Program-made: the position numbers and the translations under genes
The notes under the pieces: generated by a model
The model's database searches: none
What the model saw: only the letters and a program-made list of their open reading frames with translations
What the model was told of the DNA's origin: nothing
Source: an uncultured delta proteobacterium
GTDB taxonomy: Bacteria; Desulfobacterota; Zymogenia; Zymogenales; Zymogenaceae
Direction of reading: 5' to 3'
Length of the DNA stretch: 64,000 nt
Assembly: GCA_963735595.1 (NCBI GenBank)
Contig: CAVTLK010000005.1
Location: forward strand, 288,001-352,000
Part shown: positions 59,553-64,000 of the stretch, piece after piece
How the letters are laid out: each line of letters starts with the position of its first letter
Numbering within the stretch: position 1 is the first letter of the stretch

Positions 59553-61985
59553 ATGGCCGAAGAGAAATACTACCTCGGCAGGGTCTTTGACCCCCACAAG
59601 AACGAACTGAGCGACAAGCCCGTCCTTATGGACGGCCGCGACCTGACCACCCACGGCGTGATCGTGGGGATGACCGGCAGCGGCAAGACGGGGCTGGCCG
59701 TTGGATTGATCGAAGAGGCGGTGCTCGCGGGCATCCCGTGCCTCGTGATCGACCCCAAGGCGGAGATGGGAAACCTCCTGCTGTCGTTCCCGAACCTGAG
59801 CCCGTCCGATTTTGTTCCCTGGATCGACCCCGCCGAGGCCGAGCGCAAGGGCAAGACGCCGGAGGCCTTTGCCGCCGACACCGCCGAGGCATGGAAGAAG
59901 GGGCTTGCCGAGTGGGGGATCGACGGGGAGCGGATCAAGCGCTACAAGGATGCGGCCGATTTCGTTGTCTATACCCCCGGCAGCACCGCGTCCGTCCCGA
60001 TCAACGTCCTCAACTCGTTTCAGGTCCCGCGGGGAGAGATAAAGAAGGACGAGGAGGCCGTCCTCGAGCTGATCACCGGGTCGGTCTCGGCGCTGCTTTC
60101 GCTCATCGGCATCGAGGCCGATCCCATCACGAGCCGCGATCATATCCTGCTCTCGAAGATCTGGGAAGACTCCTGGTCGCGGGACCAGGACCTCAACCTG
60201 GAAAAGATCATCACCTTCATTCAGGACCCGCCGCTGCAGCGGGTGGGGGTCTTCGAGCTGGAGGGGTTTTATCCCCGGGCCGAGCGGATGAAGCTCGCGA
60301 TGGCGCTCAACAACGTCGCCGCGTCCCCGTCGTTTGCCGGGTGGCGCAAGGGTGCGCCGCTGGATATCGATTTCTTTCTCAAGCCCCGCGGCGATAAGCC
60401 GGGGGTGTCGGTCTTCTATATCTCCCACCTCTCGGACCAGGAGCGGGAGTTTTTCGTGACGCTCCTTTTATGGCGGCTGATTACCTGGATGCGGGCGCAG
60501 CAGGGGTCGGCGCGGCTGAGGGCGCTGGTCTATATCGATGAGGCCGTGGGACTGCTTCCTCCCTACCCGAAAGACCCGCCCACCAAGCGGCCGATCATGA
60601 CGCTGTTCAAGCAGGCGCGTGCCTACGGCATCGGAATGGTGCTGGCGACGCAGAACCCGGTGGATATCGACTACAAGGTGCTGACCAACGCCGGTACCTG
60701 GTTTATCGGCAGGCTGCAGACCAAGAACGACAAAGAGCGGGTAATGGAGGGCCTCACCGCGGCCTCCAAGGGGGGGGTGCCCGCCGCCACGCTCGACGAT
60801 ATGATCTCGGCGCTCGCCCCGAGGGTCTTTATGCTCCATAACGTCCGGGAAGATTCCGTTACCCATTTCAGGACGCGCTGGGCCATGAACTACCTGCGCG
60901 GGCCGATCGGAAAGGAGCGGCTCAAGGACCTGCCCTCGGCGCCGGTCGCCGCGGGCGCCGGGAAAGAGGACCGGGAGACAACGGTACCCGGCCCGGAGAG
61001 GGTGGCCGTGGGGACGGCCGCCGTCGCGGCCGGCGCGACGGTGCTGTCTATGGCGCCCGACGTGGGCCTTAAGAACTGCTATCTTTCGCCCCGGAGCGCC
61101 GCCTACCCGACCTTCTCCCGGCTGGTTCCCATAGAAAAGACGTCCGACCAGCACGGCTTTCGGTTCGTGCCGGCGCTGGCGGCCAGGGCGCAGGCACGGT
61201 TTGACGACCCGGCGGCCAAGGTGGCCGTGAGCCAGGCGATCACGCGGGTGCTCTTCCCGCTTACTGACGGGCGCATCGGGTGGGAGAAATCGGTGGATCT
61301 GGGTGGGGACTCGGAATTCCTCGAGGATAACCCGGTCTCCCGTGATCAGGTCGCTGGTTTCATGCCGCTGCCGAAATGGCTGACAACCAGGGACGAGGTA
61401 AAGAAGCTCTCGGCCGATTTCGTTAACTATATCAACGCGTCTCTTACGCTTGACCTGTTCAGATGTCCCGCATTATCGCTGTTTTCCACGATTGGGGAGT
61501 CAAAAGAGGCGTTCCTGGCGAGGTGTGCCGCCCTGGCCGACGAGGCGGCGGCGCGCGAGGTCGAGAAGATCACCAAGAACTATCGGAACAAGATCGAGGC
61601 GCTCCGGCTCAAGATACAAAAGGAAGAGCGGGAGCTTTCGATCCGCGAGCTGGATTACGGTGAGCGAAAGCGGGACGAGCTGATCTCTGCCGGCGCGAGC
61701 GTCCTGGGGCTTGTCTTCGGCAGGAAGGGCCTGTCGGGGATCACCCGGGCCTCCGGCAAGCGGATGATGACGGTAAAATCCAAGGCGAGGCTGGAAGATG
61801 CCGAGGCCGAAATCAAGGAGCTCAACGCGCAGCTGACCGAGCTCTCCGACGAGCTCAACGGCACGGTTTCGACCATCAGCGACAGGAAAAAGAAGGAGGT
61901 CTCGGAGGTCGAGAAGGTCAGAATCCCGCTGGAAAAGAGCGACGTCCTGTTTTCCGACCTTACAATTTTGTGGGTGCCGGTGTAG
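59553..61985 (+). CDS. HerA/FtsK-superfamily (DUF87-type) ATPase with C-terminal coiled coil
   Basis: THGVIVGMTGSGKT, IDPK, LVYIDE, QARAYGIGMVLATQNP. Confidence 0.88.
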   Translation: MAEEKYYLGRVFDPHKNELSDKPVLMDGRDLTTHGVIVGMTGSGKTGLAVGLIEEAVLAGIPCLVIDPKAEMGNLLLSFPNLSPSDFVPWIDPAEAERKGKTPEAFAADTAEAWKKGLAEWGIDGERIKRYKDAADFVVYTPGSTASVPINVLNSFQVPRGEIKKDEEAVLELITGSVSALLSLIGIEADPITSRDHILLSKIWEDSWSRDQDLNLEKIITFIQDPPLQRVGVFELEGFYPRAERMKLAMALNNVAASPSFAGWRKGAPLDIDFFLKPRGDKPGVSVFYISHLSDQEREFFVTLLLWRLITWMRAQQGSARLRALVYIDEAVGLLPPYPKDPPTKRPIMTLFKQARAYGIGMVLATQNPVDIDYKVLTNAGTWFIGRLQTKNDKERVMEGLTAASKGGVPAATLDDMISALAPRVFMLHNVREDSVTHFRTRWAMNYLRGPIGKERLKDLPSAPVAAGAGKEDRETTVPGPERVAVGTAAVAAGATVLSMAPDVGLKNCYLSPRSAAYPTFSRLVPIEKTSDQHGFRFVPALAARAQARFDDPAAKVAVSQAITRVLFPLTDGRIGWEKSVDLGGDSEFLEDNPVSRDQVAGFMPLPKWLTTRDEVKKLSADFVNYINASLTLDLFRCPALSLFSTIGESKEAFLARCAALADEAAAREVEKITKNYRNKIEALRLKIQKEERELSIRELDYGERKRDELISAGASVLGLVFGRKGLSGITRASGKRMMTVKSKARLEDAEAEIKELNAQLTELSDELNGTVSTISDRKKKEVSEVEKVRIPLEKSDVLFSDLTILWVPV

Positions 61986-62162
61986 AATATACTTGTTTTT
62001 CTTATTGCGTATGGTATACTAAGAATAAGGAAACGAGGAGAGTACAAGCGAAACGCTATTACGCATCACACATAGTTTCCGGTTCTTGGACAGTTTGAAT
62101 GACTGATGGGTGGTTCTGTCACCCATTTTTTTTACGCACAATCCCCGGAGGGGAAAACACAT

Positions 62163-63038
62163 ATGGACGAAGTCGACCGCGTATTGGAAGCGGCCAAGGA
62201 GTTGATGGATCTCAACTTCTATCGGGAAGCCCTTTCACTCCTTAAAGATGCGTCGACAAAATTCCCGGACGAGCCGGATATCTTCTACTTCATGGGGTGC
62301 TGCGCCCTTAACGACCGGGCGGGGGAGGAGGCGTTTTGCTATTTCTCCATCTCCAACGAGCTGTGCCCCGAGGATGCCGACATTCTCTCCGGCCTTTCGG
62401 ACGCGTCGCTGACCATGGAGCGAAACGACCTTGCCGCGAGCTTCATATCGGAAGCGCTCAAGCTCGAGCCGGACAGCATCAACGCCCGGATTTCTTTCGG
62501 CCATTTCCTCGAAAAAGAGGAGCGCTTCACGGAAGCGGTGGCCCACTACCGCAAGATCCTGGTGGAAGACCCGGAAAACACCTACCTCAACGCCCGCCTG
62601 GGGTACTGCCTCATGAGCCTGGGGATGTTCGAGGAGGCCGCCGACGAGATAATGGCCTACCTGAAGGAGTGCCCCACCGATACGGACTGGCACTTCCAAC
62701 TGGGCATCTGCTACGGGCACATGGGGATGATCGACGAGGCGATGACCACTTTCAATCACCTCGTCCAGGTCGACCCGGAAGACCCGATGGCGCGGGCCTA
62801 CCTTGCGCTCGCGATGGCCGACAAGGGGTGGCTCTCCGAGGCCAAGGAGGAGATCACCAAGGCGCTCAGGATGGACCCCGATAACCCGCGCGTGCTCGAG
62901 ATCTACGAAGATATCATGGGGCGGGACGAAGACGGCAACCACTCGGGGCAGTCGGGCGATGCGGGCAAGCTCCTGGCGATGATGCTCCTGATCAAGGCGA
63001 TCGTTGATCGGAAGAAGCGGGAAGGCCAGAGGCCGTAA
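62163..63038 (+). CDS. TPR-repeat protein
   Basis: About seven 34-aa repeats ending in (D/E/C)P(E/D/T)(D/N). Confidence 0.88.
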   Translation: MDEVDRVLEAAKELMDLNFYREALSLLKDASTKFPDEPDIFYFMGCCALNDRAGEEAFCYFSISNELCPEDADILSGLSDASLTMERNDLAASFISEALKLEPDSINARISFGHFLEKEERFTEAVAHYRKILVEDPENTYLNARLGYCLMSLGMFEEAADEIMAYLKECPTDTDWHFQLGICYGHMGMIDEAMTTFNHLVQVDPEDPMARAYLALAMADKGWLSEAKEEITKALRMDPDNPRVLEIYEDIMGRDEDGNHSGQSGDAGKLLAMMLLIKAIVDRKKREGQRP

Positions 63039-63062
63039 CGAGTCAGTCCGATATGCCATTAT

Positions 63063-63091
63063 AAAAAACCTCCCCGACGGGAGGTTTTTTT
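63063..63091. terminator. bidirectional intrinsic terminator
   Basis: AAAAAACCTCCC..GGGAGGTTTTTT. Confidence 0.9.
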
Positions 63092-63126
63092 GTGGTTGAT
63101 GACGAACCCTATATGAGTGCTCGTCT

Positions 63127-63249
63127 TGTCATTGCGAGGGAGCGTCAGCGACCGTGGCAATCTCGGACATCGTAACTGCCGCTAATCACGTTAGTACGTA
63201 TATCTGTATCCGAGATCGCCACGGGGCCTAACGGCCCCTCGCGATGACA
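63127..63249. repeat. complete REP/MITE-like palindromic element
   Basis: TGTCATTGCGAGGG ... CCCTCGCGATGACA terminal IR (1 mismatch); internal CGTGGCAATCTCGGA / TCCGAGATCGCCACG IR. Confidence 0.85.
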
Positions 63250-63300
63250 TACCGTTTCGAATCCTGCCCTACCAAAAATCCTGTCCCCGGTTCTTTTGTT

Positions 63301-63498
63301 CTATAGCCTCAACCGCTCCCTTACCTTCCCCAGCACCTCCCTCCCGTACAGCCGCTCGACCAACCAGTAGGCCGCGCCGATCCACCTGAATATCTGCCCC
63401 GAGGTTACGATCCTACTGCCGTCGGCGACGACCGGCGAACGCCCGACCACGCGGACCCGCCGGTATCTCCCGATGGAATCGTCGCTCAGGCGGTCGGT
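63301..63498 (-). pseudogene. C-terminal remnant of a DJ-1/PfpI-like gene
   Basis: Start-less frame ..VVADGSRIVTSG..AAYWLVERLYGREVLGKVRERL*. Confidence 0.5.
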
Positions 63499-64000
63499 TA
63501 CGGCGTCATATCCGTGAAGAAGTATTCCACCTCTTTTTTCACGACGGATTCGTGCCCCCAGTAGAAGTGGTCGGCCCCGTGGACGGAGACGAAGCGCTTA
63601 GGCTCGGAGAGGCGGTCGTAGATTTGCCTGAGTGAATCTTCCGCCACAAAGTCGTCCATGTCGCCCGTTATGATCATCTTGGGGACGGGACTATCGGTCA
63701 GGTAGGAGAAATCAAACATCCCGGTCGGCGGAGAAATACCCACCCAGGCGCCGATCCGCGCGTCGGAGACGGCACGGAATAACCCGACCCACGCGCCGTA
63801 AGAGTAGCCGACCAGGTAGATCGCCTTTGGCTTGAGGCCCGGTTTTGCGGCGGCGAAATCGACCGCCGCGCCCACGTCACGAGAGTCGGTCAGTTCCCCG
63901 GTCGATATCCCGCCGCTTCTCCCCACGCCCCTGAAGTTGAAGAGCAACGCCGTAAGCCCAACCTTCGTTACCGCGTCCCGCACGGCATACACGACGTTAT
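63498..64000 (-). CDS. alpha/beta-fold hydrolase (5' end outside the window)
   Basis: FNFRGVGRS, GYSYG nucleophile elbow, GDMDD, GADHFY. Confidence 0.9.
   Translation of the reverse strand, partial: NVVYAVRDAVTKVGLTALLFNFRGVGRSGGISTGELTDSRDVGAAVDFAAAKPGLKPKAIYLVGYSYGAWVGLFRAVSDARIGAWVGISPPTGMFDFSYLTDSPVPKMIITGDMDDFVAEDSLRQIYDRLSEPKRFVSVHGADHFYWGHESVVKKEVEYFFTDMTP

Noticed and set aside
58368..63038. CapA-HerA-TPR as an anti-phage defence operon
   Set aside because: No nuclease or Sir2 partner, host-like GC, and intergenic gaps over 120 bp; not supportable from the sequence
63251..63274. TTCGAATCCTGCCCTACCA resembling a tRNA 3' end or att site
   Set aside because: The T-stem does not pair and the distance to CCA is too short; no integrase nearby

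Overview
A 64-kb, GC-rich, gene-dense chromosomal segment from a diderm anaerobe. Gene content and order look Deltaproteobacteria-like (Desulfobacterota/Myxococcota relatives); this is an inference, not a classification. Housekeeping blocks are recO-mgtE, nadK-recN-argA-like, pmbA, ubiE/menG, yebC-ruvCAB, ftsEX-envC-ctpA-yibQ-exbBD, mscL and kdsB-pyrG-kdsA. They are interleaved with envelope lipoproteins, two AT-rich orphan genes and small palindromic repeats. Best second-look items: (i) a TetR-controlled Fe-alcohol dehydrogenase / stand-alone SCP2 / aldehyde:ferredoxin oxidoreductase / MoaD cluster near an acyl-CoA synthetase, suggesting a carrier-assisted lipophilic alcohol-to-acyl-CoA route; (ii) a secreted protein with four Cys-bracketed repeats around a (Gly-Pro-Ile/Val)11 collagen-like tract; (iii) an orphan MglA-type GTPase plus a RomY-like protein; (iv) a DxDGDG lipoprotein + DUF3160 pair; (v) ruvC apparently starting at ATA; (vi) a sigma54-type promoter and palindromic enhancer before a stand-alone V4R gene; (vii) a diverged duplicate of a gene 3' end marking an insertion slot. 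Several genes carry single-base frameshifts that are most likely read errors. I found no rRNA, tRNA, CRISPR array, integrase or transposase. All family calls come from motif recognition by eye, with no database searches.
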